Shown here: one piece after another, positions 28,301 to 38,035 of the stretch
Layout: the number at the start of each line of letters is the position of its first letter
How positions within the stretch are numbered: the first letter of the stretch is position 1
Virus record (IMG/VR): IMGVR_UViG_3300017987_000013
Span: 1-64,000 of that record
Length of the DNA: 64,000 nt
Reading direction: 5' to 3' (one strand)
Origin: a virus
The notes under the pieces: generated by a model
Database searches by the model: none
What the model saw: only the letters and a program-made list of their open reading frames with translations
Told to the model about the DNA's origin: nothing
Translations under genes and position numbers: made by a program

Positions 28301-31027
28301 TTCCTCCAACTCGACCTCGCGCTCATTGAATTCCGCTTCGGTTAGCTCGTCGCCCGCCTCCTCAGCAGCACGCAGTTCCCGGTGGAGCTGTTGCAGACGA
28401 TCAAGGCCGCCATGGTGAGCACCTACGGACACGGTAGGGGTGCGTTCTGGACTCGACTCAGTTGCCTGGTACCGGCTCTTACGAGCTTCAAGCGCGGCCT
28501 CGGTCGGCTCGCGCTCAACACCGACCTCCTCATCCGTAACGGGTGCAACTTCTCCAGTAGGTTCCGCGGCAGGCTCCAAGCCAGCTTCGGCTTGTGGCTG
28601 TGTAGTCTCTGCGACCGGAGATACTTCCGCCGCCTCTGCGGGCTCGGCGGTTAGAAGCTCCACTTCAGACTCTTCAGCAAGCGTAGGCTCGGCTGTCGGT
28701 GTCAGATCTTCGTAATCTACCAGAACTGAGGCAGGGACGTCTTCGCCACGCCGCAACGCGTCTTCAATCAGCGCGCGGTGTCGTTGCGATAGGTCTGTCG
28801 TTGGTGTACGCGGCAGTTCGTCGCCACGCTCTATCGCACGACGGATACCCCACGGATCAGTGGCGTTAGTGAGTTCTTCGGGGAACACTTCGGCCAGCAA
28901 TGGACGTGCGCGCTCTAGCTCTTGTCGATCGCTAGGCGCTAGAGCTTGGCGTAGTTCGTTATAGGGCATCTGCCAAGCGGCACGCATCCGCCCTGCTGGC
29001 TGCACCGTTGTCTCTTCTGGTTCCGGTGTCGGCTCGGGCTGCTCTATGTACTCCGATTCCGGCGTTTGTACCTCCGCCCTCCGCTCTTCAACTCCTGGTG
29101 GCGGACCCTGTTCTACCTTCCGACGCTCAAACGTCGGACGATCCATCGGATCTAGGGTTAGCGCACCCGTCACAGGATCCCGTTCGCCAGAAACGCGTTC
29201 CCGCACTTCCTCGGGCGTTAGTTCGCGACCAGTAGGCTCCCCTCCAGGAACTGCGGAGCGAGGCTCTTCCCATTCCGTCAACCGACGTACGACATCAGCC
29301 TCAAGTGTCGCTGTCTGTTCGTCGCCGAAACGAGAACGAACACTGTCGTAGTAGTTGCCGATCCTCTCACGATTGTCGCGGATCTCCTTTTCAAGCGTTT
29401 CTCTCTGCTCTGGTCGCAAAGACAGCCCTGTCTGAGGAGTACGCCCAGACCTTAATACTTGCTCGGCTGTACGCGCATCGATCTCAAGACCAGCGATTTC
29501 TTCCGCAGTGGTGCCGTAATCGATGTCCAGTTGTTCCTGCGGGAGCTGCTCGACCGCGCCAGGTGTCGGTTCAGGCCGTACGACCTCTTCCCCCTCTTCC
29601 AGCCTCCGCTGCGCTTCTGCAAGGACTTCCTGGGGATCCGGTTCTGGCTCCGTTACAGCCACTCCCTCCGTCTCAGGCGTACGTTCTGGCTCTCGGAGGG
29701 GTTCCTGCGCGGCCGGACGAACTTCGGGCTCCTGGGACCGCACACGGCGCTCTGGAGACGGCTCTGGCGCCACAGGGGGGCGCTCTTCTGGTACCACAGA
29801 ACGTTCGGACGGACGAACCGGTTCTTCTGCAGGTGGACGTGGCTCAGTGGGTCGTCCCGGCGTTTCAGTAGCAGGCTCCGGACGCATCGATCGACGCACG
29901 ACGGTTGCAGCCTCGTTGTATACCTTCATTAATTCGGCGTCAGGTGTTGCACCGGGTTTCTTAGAGTCAGGATGGTACTTATTAGACTTCGTTCGAATTG
30001 CCGCGTCTAGCTGGGCTTCCGTGGCATCGTCGGCCAACCCAAGTATTCGGCGGGCAAACTGTACTTCTTGCTCCGGCGTCACGCGCCCACCTTGCGCCAT
30101 CCGCCTTGCTTCCTTGGCCGCTTGCGTCATCTCGGCAACATCTCGAGGCGAAGCGACTGCACGGGAAGGTGAAATGCGAACACCCGTCAAAGCTCCCAAG
30201 AAACCACCTAAAACCGTACCATACGGCGCATACTTGACACCTTCAAGCGCTGCTTCAGGCCCATGCTCAAGTGTCTCACGGGCAGCTCCGAACGTAGCAG
30301 CCTCACCAGTCCCAGCCGCTGCCGATTCAACAGCCTTGGCGGTTCTAGCGGCACCTGTTCCGCTATAAGCGAGACGGTCAAGATAGGCAGCCAATTTAGG
30401 CGCTATTGCACGTTCGGCCTGTGACAGCTTCCGAATCGCCGCTCCGCCAAGACGCGCAACAGGCCCTAGGACACGCATGTAAACCATTTCTCGTGCAGCC
30501 GTGCCCAGCGCACCTTCCGCGCCAAGGAGATTGGCATGCTGCGACAACACTTCAGGATCCACTTGACTGTAGAATTCCTCTAGTAGTTCATCGCGTTGCT
30601 TCTCTCCGGGCCGCAATTGCGCTAGGAACGTACCGATCGCCGCGCCAGTTGGCCCAACTCCCACTTCCTCTGGTTTTACGGGTGGCGGCACCTCTTCCCT
30701 GTACGCCCGCATAGCCTCAACTGTACCAGGCCGTTTCGTACGTCCGATGCGAGGCATCGCCCCTTCAATCGGCTCGTCGCCGCCAACGAGAATGTCGGCG
30801 ATTCCGCCAGGTGCACGCCGTGGTGGAGGCTCGTCGACGCCGGCGGCAACAAGTAACCGCCCCGGTTCGAATTCTGGTAACGGAGATTGTGCGATAGGTT
30901 CTGTGCCGCCAACAGTGATGTCGGGACGTTCGCCCACAATCCCACGTAACCGATCGAGACGACTGTGTTCTTGAGTCTCCTCGCCAAGAATGCTGCGAAG
31001 TCGAGTAAGTCGTGTCGGAGTTGTCAT
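25307..31027 (-). CDS. Large internal virion/DNA-ejection protein (1906 aa) containing a J-domain
   Basis: Last and largest of the ejection-gene cluster. G/A-rich N-terminus, J-domain with HPD at about aa 352, E/P-rich linker and helical C-terminus. Confidence 0.8.
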   Translation of the reverse strand: MTTPTRLTRLRSILGEETQEHSRLDRLRGIVGERPDITVGGTEPIAQSPLPEFEPGRLLVAAGVDEPPPRRAPGGIADILVGGDEPIEGAMPRIGRTKRPGTVEAMRAYREEVPPPVKPEEVGVGPTGAAIGTFLAQLRPGEKQRDELLEEFYSQVDPEVLSQHANLLGAEGALGTAAREMVYMRVLGPVARLGGAAIRKLSQAERAIAPKLAAYLDRLAYSGTGAARTAKAVESAAAGTGEAATFGAARETLEHGPEAALEGVKYAPYGTVLGGFLGALTGVRISPSRAVASPRDVAEMTQAAKEARRMAQGGRVTPEQEVQFARRILGLADDATEAQLDAAIRTKSNKYHPDSKKPGATPDAELMKVYNEAATVVRRSMRPEPATETPGRPTEPRPPAEEPVRPSERSVVPEERPPVAPEPSPERRVRSQEPEVRPAAQEPLREPERTPETEGVAVTEPEPDPQEVLAEAQRRLEEGEEVVRPEPTPGAVEQLPQEQLDIDYGTTAEEIAGLEIDARTAEQVLRSGRTPQTGLSLRPEQRETLEKEIRDNRERIGNYYDSVRSRFGDEQTATLEADVVRRLTEWEEPRSAVPGGEPTGRELTPEEVRERVSGERDPVTGALTLDPMDRPTFERRKVEQGPPPGVEERRAEVQTPESEYIEQPEPTPEPEETTVQPAGRMRAAWQMPYNELRQALAPSDRQELERARPLLAEVFPEELTNATDPWGIRRAIERGDELPRTPTTDLSQRHRALIEDALRRGEDVPASVLVDYEDLTPTAEPTLAEESEVELLTAEPAEAAEVSPVAETTQPQAEAGLEPAAEPTGEVAPVTDEEVGVEREPTEAALEARKSRYQATESSPERTPTVSVGAHHGGLDRLQQLHRELRAAEEAGDELTEAEFNEREVELEERVDSIQDQIDKFRLEYEAQYGGEALGELDDAVDEWARVNEIPVTAAETVEPAAETGPIVTAGTESPETAIDATTVSEEVAAEQPPTRSGEELDDMVQQGRAVRVGGTETGAVDAQAVNKGIRAFLRRNFTAPGDLPKRVFDRMIKRDGGVNSRDREVAHTLRKFRRVARRAYGTSKLSDEQQRQINAALQGEPINMPDEMRSIVKDMRGQIDALSQLLIESGAIAEHLVPVIDANRGVYLTRSYKAFDDPKFWQNVSEDVKNRVRSLLASEMPDASPEQLEGEFQRILRAGELSDSPLDFLVRGSKLGSKNLSILKRRKAIAPEIRALWGEYTDPLVNYVRSVTKMSQLLENHKFLADVLEGGLGEYFFEEPVVRDGVSYVKKFAAEGSRALEPLNGFYTSPEVDAAFHRAVETEVVSDWLRHYMKVNGVVKYAKTIGSVMTHVRNTTGNTGFAIANGHWDISKMPDAARTVWGDLWDVGLKDKEEWQGIYREMVELGVVHESARAGELWDAVNDAVRDPEAFIKGNVVQRSIRKILKGVTSVYRAEDDVWKLYAFANEFERYRNAKPDWTDQRVKERAAEIVRNTYPTYSLVPHAIKKIRRFPLVGTFVSFPWEVIRTLGNTLQLTAGELNDPDLHRVGAQRIAGLLLAATTVSAVAYASRFLNGIDDDTDERVRRFVPPWSENSSLVYLGRGENGRVRYIDLSYTDPYSYLRTPLKAMMRGENWHDGLIDGFFEALEPFVSEEILASKLLDVKRNKKKDSGAEVYNPEDPFDKQATAILSYVYDAFEPGTVSGMRRIWRGITNDQTLYGRSYNPVVEGAAMFTGFRMQELDVPQALSWNAREAVGRWSNATRILSSTASRAGDVSDSELQEAYESMERTRQKVFANVTADMEAARKFGMKDEAIKRVLRGSGLSETLVMQLIDHNYVPYQPSDRFLEYVSEARQSTSTPEKAREVRERYADRREFLQQLAEDALEESGAEITRPRSRRPRRRQRR

Positions 31028-31960
31028 TTAGCGGCCCGAAAGAATCCGTCGTATTTCTTCCGACGTGTAGCCAGCTTCGGCAAGCGTTGTTTCAGCTAAG
31101 CTGCCACGGAGGTTTGCTACTAACGACCTAGCTTCCGCAACCTCTGGCTCCGTGAGTGGCTGTGCTACTACAGGCTCCGATGGTATCTCGCGAGACGCTG
31201 CAGTCGGGCGCCACGACTCAATGGGTTCCCGACCGCCTGTGACCACATCGAGTGATCCGCCAGGCAGTTTGTCTATGGTCGCTAGACGGTTGGCCTCCCT
31301 AATTTGCTCTTCGGGTGATCGGATTTGCCACTCAGGATCACGCGTGAGAATGTCAAGCGCTTGGTTCGGCGTGACGTTACGCACCTCCCTGCTACCGCCA
31401 GCAGTGCTACTTGTGGTGATCCGTGGTGGCGTTACTCCAGCGCGGAGAAACGCTTGCTGTTCATCGCTAAGGTACCGAGCCAATCCGCTCGCAGCCTCAT
31501 CCCGACGAGCCTGAGCAAGCCGTTGTTCGATGCTAGCGTCTTCGACGCGGCGACCCACATCAAGGGCTCGTGTAATCCCGCTGTCCCGTACGTTGCCAAG
31601 GGCGGTAACCTCTGGCGGTGGCGCTTGGACGGCAATCGGTTCGCCCCCAGGAACCGGTACCTCGCGACTCGGTTGCTCGAACTGAAGCAACTGCTGTAGA
31701 CCGCCCGGTTGATCGGCGGTAGCTACAGCCCTTAGTGATTCTGGCACAGCATCGTAATCCCGCAACGCCTGCTCCACTGGAACAACGTCGGGCTGCGCGA
31801 GCTCGGCAGCCATCTGCGCCTTTCTCGCTTCGTTCTGTCGATATGCCGCGAGTTCCTGAGCGTCCTCATCAGCCTGCTTCGCCATGAGTAGCCCGATGAT
31901 ATTGTTGAGCCCGCCGCTCAAAGCTCTAGCGACGCCAGCCCGTGCGTATGACGGTGGCAC
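31028..31960 (-). CDS. Putative ejection protein
   Basis: Position in the cluster; 'ALSGGLNNIIGLLMAKQ' N-terminus followed by a coiled coil. Confidence 0.6.
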   Translation of the reverse strand: MPPSYARAGVARALSGGLNNIIGLLMAKQADEDAQELAAYRQNEARKAQMAAELAQPDVVPVEQALRDYDAVPESLRAVATADQPGGLQQLLQFEQPSREVPVPGGEPIAVQAPPPEVTALGNVRDSGITRALDVGRRVEDASIEQRLAQARRDEAASGLARYLSDEQQAFLRAGVTPPRITTSSTAGGSREVRNVTPNQALDILTRDPEWQIRSPEEQIREANRLATIDKLPGGSLDVVTGGREPIESWRPTAASREIPSEPVVAQPLTEPEVAEARSLVANLRGSLAETTLAEAGYTSEEIRRILSGR

Positions 31961-31961
31961 C

Positions 31962-32621
31962 TTAGTACCTCCTCATCGAACCCGTGACTAGATTGAAAAG
32001 GGTTTGAAGTTCGGCGAGCTTCGCCTGTCGCTCCATTTCCTCTTCCTTTATACGTTGCCAACGATCCGCGACCGCTCCCTCCTGTTGAGCCGCATACACA
32101 TTGCCAGCAGTGCTCGCCAAACTGAGCGGCACTACAGGATTCTCTTTGAGATAGCTCGTGATTCCACTCAACATGCCCTCACCTGCTTTCTTGGGCAGTA
32201 TGTTGCCTGCCACAGTGCGCCCTGTGTTAGTAGCTACAGCCTCACTTAAATCGACCGCTGGCGCGGACCCGACCGTACCAGGCATTATTGGACCAGGGGT
32301 GCCTGACAGCGCACCGTACGCACCTCTCGCGAGATCCCCTACCTTCCCAGCTCCGTAGGCAAGCGCTGCTCCCTCAGCACCACCTTGCAGAATGTCGACA
32401 AGGCCGCGGTCACCTTCGTCGTCGAGTTTCTGTGCGGCACCTCCAGCAGCTGCCATTGGCAATCCTATTGGAGCGCCAACGCCGGTCGCGGTGAGAGCAA
32501 TGCCAAGCGGCTTCGCCGTGTCGCCGAATGCACCCAACGCCGTTCGAGGCTCGCCTTTCAGTAGACCGTAGATCCCACGAAACGGCCCCGTGACTGCGTT
32601 TTTTAGCCAATTGAAAGCCAT
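31962..32621 (-). CDS. Putative pilot/ejection protein (Gly/Ala-rich, membrane-active)
   Basis: GxxxG-rich hydrophobic segments and a C-terminal coiled coil. Confidence 0.65.
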   Translation of the reverse strand: MAFNWLKNAVTGPFRGIYGLLKGEPRTALGAFGDTAKPLGIALTATGVGAPIGLPMAAAGGAAQKLDDEGDRGLVDILQGGAEGAALAYGAGKVGDLARGAYGALSGTPGPIMPGTVGSAPAVDLSEAVATNTGRTVAGNILPKKAGEGMLSGITSYLKENPVVPLSLASTAGNVYAAQQEGAVADRWQRIKEEEMERQAKLAELQTLFNLVTGSMRRY

Positions 32622-32632
32622 TGTCCTACCCC

Positions 32633-34411
32633 TTATTCATCTGGCACGTAAATGTTGCCAGTATCTTGATCTACCCACTGCGTACCATCCCACTCCCAAT
32701 TACCGGGCTCTTCCGGGAAGTTAGGACGCTGCGTCGAATCGCCCCAATCGTAATCGCCGCTGGTCGTGTCGCCGGTTCCAGTATTGATGTTGACCGTAAT
32801 GTTGCCGCCGTCTTCGTCCGGACCGCCCGTGCCGTAATATTCCTCCCACAACTCGTACATGGCGTCGAACTTCTCTTTGTCGGTTTCTGCCTGATCCATG
32901 CGGAACTGCAGTTCTTCGTTGAATTGCCGCTGTTCCTCACTGAGCGCCCTGTCTCGATACCCAGACACCTCTTCGCCTGTCTCCGGATCAGTGTAACCGT
33001 ACTCGAAGTCCTGTTGCGCTTGCTGGAACGCGATATCGGCGTCCAAACCCCGTTCCTGAAGCTGTAGTGCGCGATCCTCCAACCACCGCTGGTTCTCGAT
33101 CTGTTCGGCGCGTAGTTGTAGTTCATCACGACTCAGTTCAAGTTGGGCGAGATCTCGGGCTTCCTGCAGGTCCAACGAACGGTCCTGTTGCCGGATCTCC
33201 GTTGCTCGTTGGTCGACCTGCTGTTGATCGATGTCCAGCGCCCGCATCTTGATTGCCTGCTCGGCTTCGCGATACGAATCCTCCATATTGAGACCGAGTT
33301 CTTCGAGGCGTAGTTGTTCGCTACGGAAATCAGCGTCTTGCTCAAGAGCCGCGTATCTGTAGGCATCCTCCTGCTCAAGTCCTTGCTGCTGGAGGTCCTG
33401 CGCCCTGGTTGCGAGCTCCCGTTCCTGATCAAGAGCAGCTTGGTTCCACGCGTCTTCCATCTGCATCCCGGCTTCCTGCAGATCAAGCGCCCGACCCTGC
33501 AACCCAACACTCAAAGCGTTCTGCGCCTCCTCTGATTCCAGCGCCATAGTGAACTGCTCGTTCTGCTGTAGTCGCGAGGCAACCTGCTCGTTGAACGTTT
33601 GCTGGAACTGAGCAGTTTCGGCTTCGAACTGTTCTCGGCTCAAACCGATTGTTTCGGCGAATTCGGCTTGCCGCTGCTCCAAGTTGGCCTCGAACTGCTC
33701 GCCCTGTTGCGCAAGTTCCGCTTGCCCAAGCTCCGTGGCCGCGATGTCCCGCGCTTCCTGTAGGTCAAGCGCCCGTCCCTGGTTCAATACCTCCTGGGCA
33801 CGCAGGTCGAGTTCCCGCTCCGACAGCCCACTGGTGGTTCCAAATTCGAATTGCTGCTCCAAAGCGCCTAGCGTATTAAGGCCCATCGATCCGGCCGCCT
33901 GTCGGCCAAGAGTCTCGTAATTCGCCAACGCCTCCTGCAGCGCCCGCTCGTCCTCCATGCGCGCTTGCTGTAGCTGGCCTTGGAGATCAACCTGTTGTTC
34001 ACCTTCATAGCTACTGCCGACCAAACCCCGTTGCGCGACCCATTCGGCCAGCCCGCGTTTCGCCTCTTGCTCGGCGTCTGACAGCCGCCCTTCGCTTTCG
34101 GCTCGAGTCGCAGACACAAGCGGCGATAGATACGGATTAGGATTGTTCATCCAGTCGGAAGCGTAGTTCGTCACCTGCCCGGTGTAATCCGCAAGACTGG
34201 GAGGCGGCGGTGGAGGCGGCGATACGGTCGGCGCCCCAGATGGCGCTGCCCCTGGAGCTTGAGACTGGGAACCGGTCGACGCCGTCAACTGCTGCTGCGA
34301 TTCTGGCAGCGTGCCTGTCGTGTTCTCAACCGGCTGCGCCTGGTAGTCCGGTTGCTGCTGCGCCTGTTGCGCGGCCAGTTCTTCTTCTGTCAAATATGGT
34401 GCCGTCATCAT
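32633..34411 (-). CDS. Gln/Glu-rich coiled-coil ejection protein
   Basis: Repeated 'RALDLQE', 'EQFEA' and 'ERELxLRAQ' motifs. Confidence 0.65.
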   Translation of the reverse strand: MMTAPYLTEEELAAQQAQQQPDYQAQPVENTTGTLPESQQQLTASTGSQSQAPGAAPSGAPTVSPPPPPPPSLADYTGQVTNYASDWMNNPNPYLSPLVSATRAESEGRLSDAEQEAKRGLAEWVAQRGLVGSSYEGEQQVDLQGQLQQARMEDERALQEALANYETLGRQAAGSMGLNTLGALEQQFEFGTTSGLSERELDLRAQEVLNQGRALDLQEARDIAATELGQAELAQQGEQFEANLEQRQAEFAETIGLSREQFEAETAQFQQTFNEQVASRLQQNEQFTMALESEEAQNALSVGLQGRALDLQEAGMQMEDAWNQAALDQERELATRAQDLQQQGLEQEDAYRYAALEQDADFRSEQLRLEELGLNMEDSYREAEQAIKMRALDIDQQQVDQRATEIRQQDRSLDLQEARDLAQLELSRDELQLRAEQIENQRWLEDRALQLQERGLDADIAFQQAQQDFEYGYTDPETGEEVSGYRDRALSEEQRQFNEELQFRMDQAETDKEKFDAMYELWEEYYGTGGPDEDGGNITVNINTGTGDTTSGDYDWGDSTQRPNFPEEPGNWEWDGTQWVDQDTGNIYVPDE

Positions 34412-34420
34412 TACTCCAAA

Positions 34421-35065
34421 TTACGATGGTGCTATGAGGCCGTAAGAACGCAACACCGCTAGCACTGCGTTGATCGCGACTCGCGCCTCTGCATCTTGCG
34501 TAGCGCCACCGGTTGCGTCAGCAATCTTGGACTGTTGCGAAATCGGCGTTGCCCCGTGGAATCCAATATCTGAGCCAATTGTAATGCCCGTGCCCACAGT
34601 CGCTTCTGTGATCTCATCAAGGCCGATAGAACTGAAAAAGAAGATCTTGTCGAAAGCGGGCTGGCAGCAGTTGGTCAGCGATGCCATGCGATCCTCTGCC
34701 GACACCCCATCGTAAAGGATCTTGTTGCCCTCACCATCATACTGAACAGGAATCAGAAACAAACTGTATGAATAGTCGAGGTCTAAGCTCGCTTCGAAGT
34801 CCTGCATCCGCTCTTGACGACAATCCACCAACGTACTTGACGTGTAGTTGTCGGCGTCATATGTAAGGTCACCTTCGCCAGCAGCGGTCGATTGAAGATG
34901 GACTTGTACCCAACCACATGAATACGGGGCCAACCACCGTACGTACCATTTCAGACAATCGTAGACGTCACCCAAGATCCTCGGCTCACGACGCAATAAC
35001 TCAGAGTTGAGTATCCTCGCCCATTCAACGAGTTCAGGATTGCCGTCGCGCGGGAGCTTCAACAT
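34421..35065 (-). CDS. Tail/needle-associated structural protein
   Basis: C-terminal 'IGFHGATP...AINAVLAVLRSYGLIA' fibre-type motif. Confidence 0.6.
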   Translation of the reverse strand: MLKLPRDGNPELVEWARILNSELLRREPRILGDVYDCLKWYVRWLAPYSCGWVQVHLQSTAAGEGDLTYDADNYTSSTLVDCRQERMQDFEASLDLDYSYSLFLIPVQYDGEGNKILYDGVSAEDRMASLTNCCQPAFDKIFFFSSIGLDEITEATVGTGITIGSDIGFHGATPISQQSKIADATGGATQDAEARVAINAVLAVLRSYGLIAPS

Positions 35066-36738
35066 CAGGTCGCCTCTCGGAGTAACAATGCAGATAGACC
35101 CAACAGTGTGATTTTCACATCATCGGTGGTCGTAACCTGTATCTGTGGATTGTCCGCATCCAGTTTCGTCATGATACGACTACGATACGCTGTGTCGGAC
35201 CCGAGCGTCGTTTGGGTCACGGACTGCGCTGTCGTCGTAGAGCCCGCGCCGGTCACCGACACTGCCAGCGTCGCGTTTGCTTCTTGAATGGACGCTACGT
35301 CGATCCGGCGAACACGTTTTTTTTGCCGCGGCCGGCGGAGTTGAAACGGTTTCGACAGTATCGTCAGCGTCACGTCGGAACCGCCCGTACTGTCGTACAA
35401 CATATCATCCTTGTCGACGCCTGAGTGCCGTCGTAAGTAGCCGTCGTACCCAACAGAATACACGATCCGCGACTTGTTGGCCGATGGAGCCATAAACAGC
35501 GTCGCTGGTAACGTGTCGTTCGAATCCGACAAGTACCCGTCCGCGTCCTCGTAGACAATCGTATCGTCACTGTCGTCAGTATCTATCGTTGCGTACCCGT
35601 CAGCATCTTCCTCGAGCGTATGCCCCCCAGCGTCAACCGTCAGGTACCCATCGGCATCGCCTGTTTCACTGAACAACAACGCAGTGACCGGGTTCCGCCC
35701 AGGAATATCGATGGTCGCCGCCCCTTTCGTGCCGCCGCGCTGATACTCAACGTCTTTCTGTAAAAGATTCAGAACGAGCACGCGGTTGTTGTACGCACCA
35801 CCGTTACTGATCGCCAAGTGATAGTTCTGTTCAATCTCGTCGTATGTCGCAGACGGGTACCCAGGGTTGGCATAGATCAATTCTTTGTCTATGTCGTCCA
35901 TGAACCCCTGGACGCTTCGCGAAATCAATTCGATATTCGACCCCGGCACATAGTATTCAACACCACGTTCACTCAACCAGCACGCACCATTGTCGCCGAC
36001 GCCGACTACCGTTCTGAAAGCAACACAGCCAACCGACCGAGAAAAGCCGGTGGCTCCAGCAGCGACAATGATCGTCTGTTCGCCATACCCTTCGATATAC
36101 GAAGTGCTGGTGCGATCGAACACCAGTAAGTGCGGACCAATCTGAAACAGGCCAGTCGGCGGTGCGTCGACCTGAACCGTGAGCCCGCCATCAGCCGTCG
36201 CCCACGTTTCCATGTCGCCAACTGCCGATGCCTGGACCAACACACCACTGTGCCCCGTTGCGTACAGTCTGCGACCGAACTCAGCAATGTACTTCACACC
36301 TTCCGGCGCGTTTGTCACCGTGTCCCACGTACCACCGTCCCACCGCTTGATGGTCGTATCGCCGTTCGCCATCAACAGATACTGGGTCGCACCCTCCCGC
36401 ATTGAGATGATGCTGTACCAGTCCTCACGCAGCCCTGTCGCGATCTCTGTCCATGTCTCGCCGAAGTCCGTGCTCATCGATGCCACGGACCCCGAGATGT
36501 CGATGATCTGATCCTCACCGCCGGCAGTCGTGAAAAAAGCGCCGCCATACCCGATTCCGTTGTTGGGCGTCGATGAACTTGTACGTTTCGAACCAGGACG
36601 CCGCTGAACAGAACCATCCGGCTGTATCCGACCGTTATAGATCGTGCGCACCGACGCCTTGGGAAACGCGGTCGGGGCGACTGAATCAAACATACCTAGA
36701 CTCAGGTCTGTGGTCAGTTCAGTCAGCAATCGCGACAC
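35065..36738 (-). CDS. Tail nozzle/stabilisation protein (beta-propeller-like)
   Basis: 'QRRPG' N-terminal motif, 'VGCVAFRTVV' and beta-rich repeats; typical podovirus position. Confidence 0.75.
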   Translation of the reverse strand: MSRLLTELTTDLSLGMFDSVAPTAFPKASVRTIYNGRIQPDGSVQRRPGSKRTSSSTPNNGIGYGGAFFTTAGGEDQIIDISGSVASMSTDFGETWTEIATGLREDWYSIISMREGATQYLLMANGDTTIKRWDGGTWDTVTNAPEGVKYIAEFGRRLYATGHSGVLVQASAVGDMETWATADGGLTVQVDAPPTGLFQIGPHLLVFDRTSTSYIEGYGEQTIIVAAGATGFSRSVGCVAFRTVVGVGDNGACWLSERGVEYYVPGSNIELISRSVQGFMDDIDKELIYANPGYPSATYDEIEQNYHLAISNGGAYNNRVLVLNLLQKDVEYQRGGTKGAATIDIPGRNPVTALLFSETGDADGYLTVDAGGHTLEEDADGYATIDTDDSDDTIVYEDADGYLSDSNDTLPATLFMAPSANKSRIVYSVGYDGYLRRHSGVDKDDMLYDSTGGSDVTLTILSKPFQLRRPRQKKRVRRIDVASIQEANATLAVSVTGAGSTTTAQSVTQTTLGSDTAYRSRIMTKLDADNPQIQVTTTDDVKITLLGLSALLLREAT

Positions 36739-36970
36739 TTCGTTGCTCCGGTTCCTTGACTATGAGAAACAACCCCTGATCGTCCTGTCCTTCCTTGATG
36801 ATCTCAGTTGGATCCATATCGTGCGCAGCAAACACCGTCGTCACAATATTATTGACCGCGCTCTGTGCAGACTGGAGCGCCCTGCTCGCCTCAATCATCA
36901 AGGCGCGCTGCTTCTCAGTAATGCGTAAGGTGCGCGTCTCCTGTTCAGGCCCCTCTGGCGTTTTGCTCAT
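36719..36970 (-). CDS. Hypothetical protein
   Basis: GAGGA SD; coupled to neighbours. Confidence 0.55.
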   Translation of the reverse strand: MSKTPEGPEQETRTLRITEKQRALMIEASRALQSAQSAVNNIVTTVFAAHDMDPTEIIKEGQDDQGLFLIVKEPEQRSVAIAD

Positions 36971-37161
36971 ATATCATCCTCAATACATTTCACCGAATCA
37001 ACCACCAGCCTCACGACGGGCGGATCGACAGTGACGTCTATCACAAGAGTGACATACTGGATCGTCTCGCAGTCGGTATCAACGACCTCTTGTGTCTCAA
37101 TCACAGGGTCCACTGGCGAGCTACAGGCCAAAAGCAGCAGACACACGATTAGCCACCTCAT
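36967..37161 (-). CDS. Small lipoprotein
   Basis: MRWLIVCLLLLA-C lipobox. Confidence 0.7.
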   Translation of the reverse strand: MRWLIVCLLLLACSSPVDPVIETQEVVDTDCETIQYVTLVIDVTVDPPVVRLVVDSVKCIEDDI

Positions 37162-38021
37162 TGCAGTAATCCGTATGATTGCAGGTCGGCTATCAGCGTG
37201 CCTACTACATCAGCCAACTCAGCAACAGCGACCGCATCGGCGTCAAAAGCTCTATCAATAGACACGTTCGTCGGCGTGTATGCGGCCGCCTGAGCGGCTG
37301 GGGCAGTACCGAAAAACCCGATGTTCTCGCCGTCGTGGTCCAGATTCCCACTCACAAAAAGGCTTAGTGTGTACACGCCATTCCATTCGTGAGCCACCGA
37401 ACCCAACGTAACAGTGCCAGTGGTCGGATGCAGGTACTGGTTGGTTAACGTCAGTTCGGCCGCACTCGAGGCCACAGCAAACGTCATGCTAGTACCAGCA
37501 CCAACCGCGCTCAAAGCATCAACATTGATAGCTGCTGAGGTGATGGATGTTGCTCCTGTGACAACACCAGCATCCACACTGATCGTACCATCCAGTACAA
37601 TCGCCGATCCCGCCGCAGGAGTGATGTTTACCGCACCAGACGTAGCCGTGATAGTGTTGCCGTCGATACTGATGTTGTCGATCGCGAGAGATTCTAGGCC
37701 CGACAATGATGTCGACCACTGCGGCGCTGTGCCGCTCGACGTCAAGACCGTGTTCGCCGCCCCGATGTTGAGGTACGACATTTTCTTGACGTTCGAGATG
37801 CCACCGGCCGTGAAATACGGAACGTCCCCAGCGGTCGCGGGGTTGCTGTAGAAGTAGCCATCCTTCCCAACACAGGCTTTTCTTGCGGCTGCCGTCGAGC
37901 CATTCCAAATGTCAACAAGGATGCTGTTCGCGGTAGATCTCGCAGCATCGAACCCGAAAATGTGAGCATCGGAGTCATCTGAGCTTTCTTGTATGGCCTT
38001 AACGCCTTGGCTTAAACTCAT
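37158..38021 (-). CDS. Fibre/spike-like virion protein
   Basis: G/S/T-rich beta repeats; C-terminal 'IGFFG...LIADLQSYGLL'. Confidence 0.7.
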   Translation of the reverse strand: MSLSQGVKAIQESSDDSDAHIFGFDAARSTANSILVDIWNGSTAAARKACVGKDGYFYSNPATAGDVPYFTAGGISNVKKMSYLNIGAANTVLTSSGTAPQWSTSLSGLESLAIDNISIDGNTITATSGAVNITPAAGSAIVLDGTISVDAGVVTGATSITSAAINVDALSAVGAGTSMTFAVASSAAELTLTNQYLHPTTGTVTLGSVAHEWNGVYTLSLFVSGNLDHDGENIGFFGTAPAAQAAAYTPTNVSIDRAFDADAVAVAELADVVGTLIADLQSYGLLQ

Positions 38022-38035
38022 ATGTCACGCCCCGA

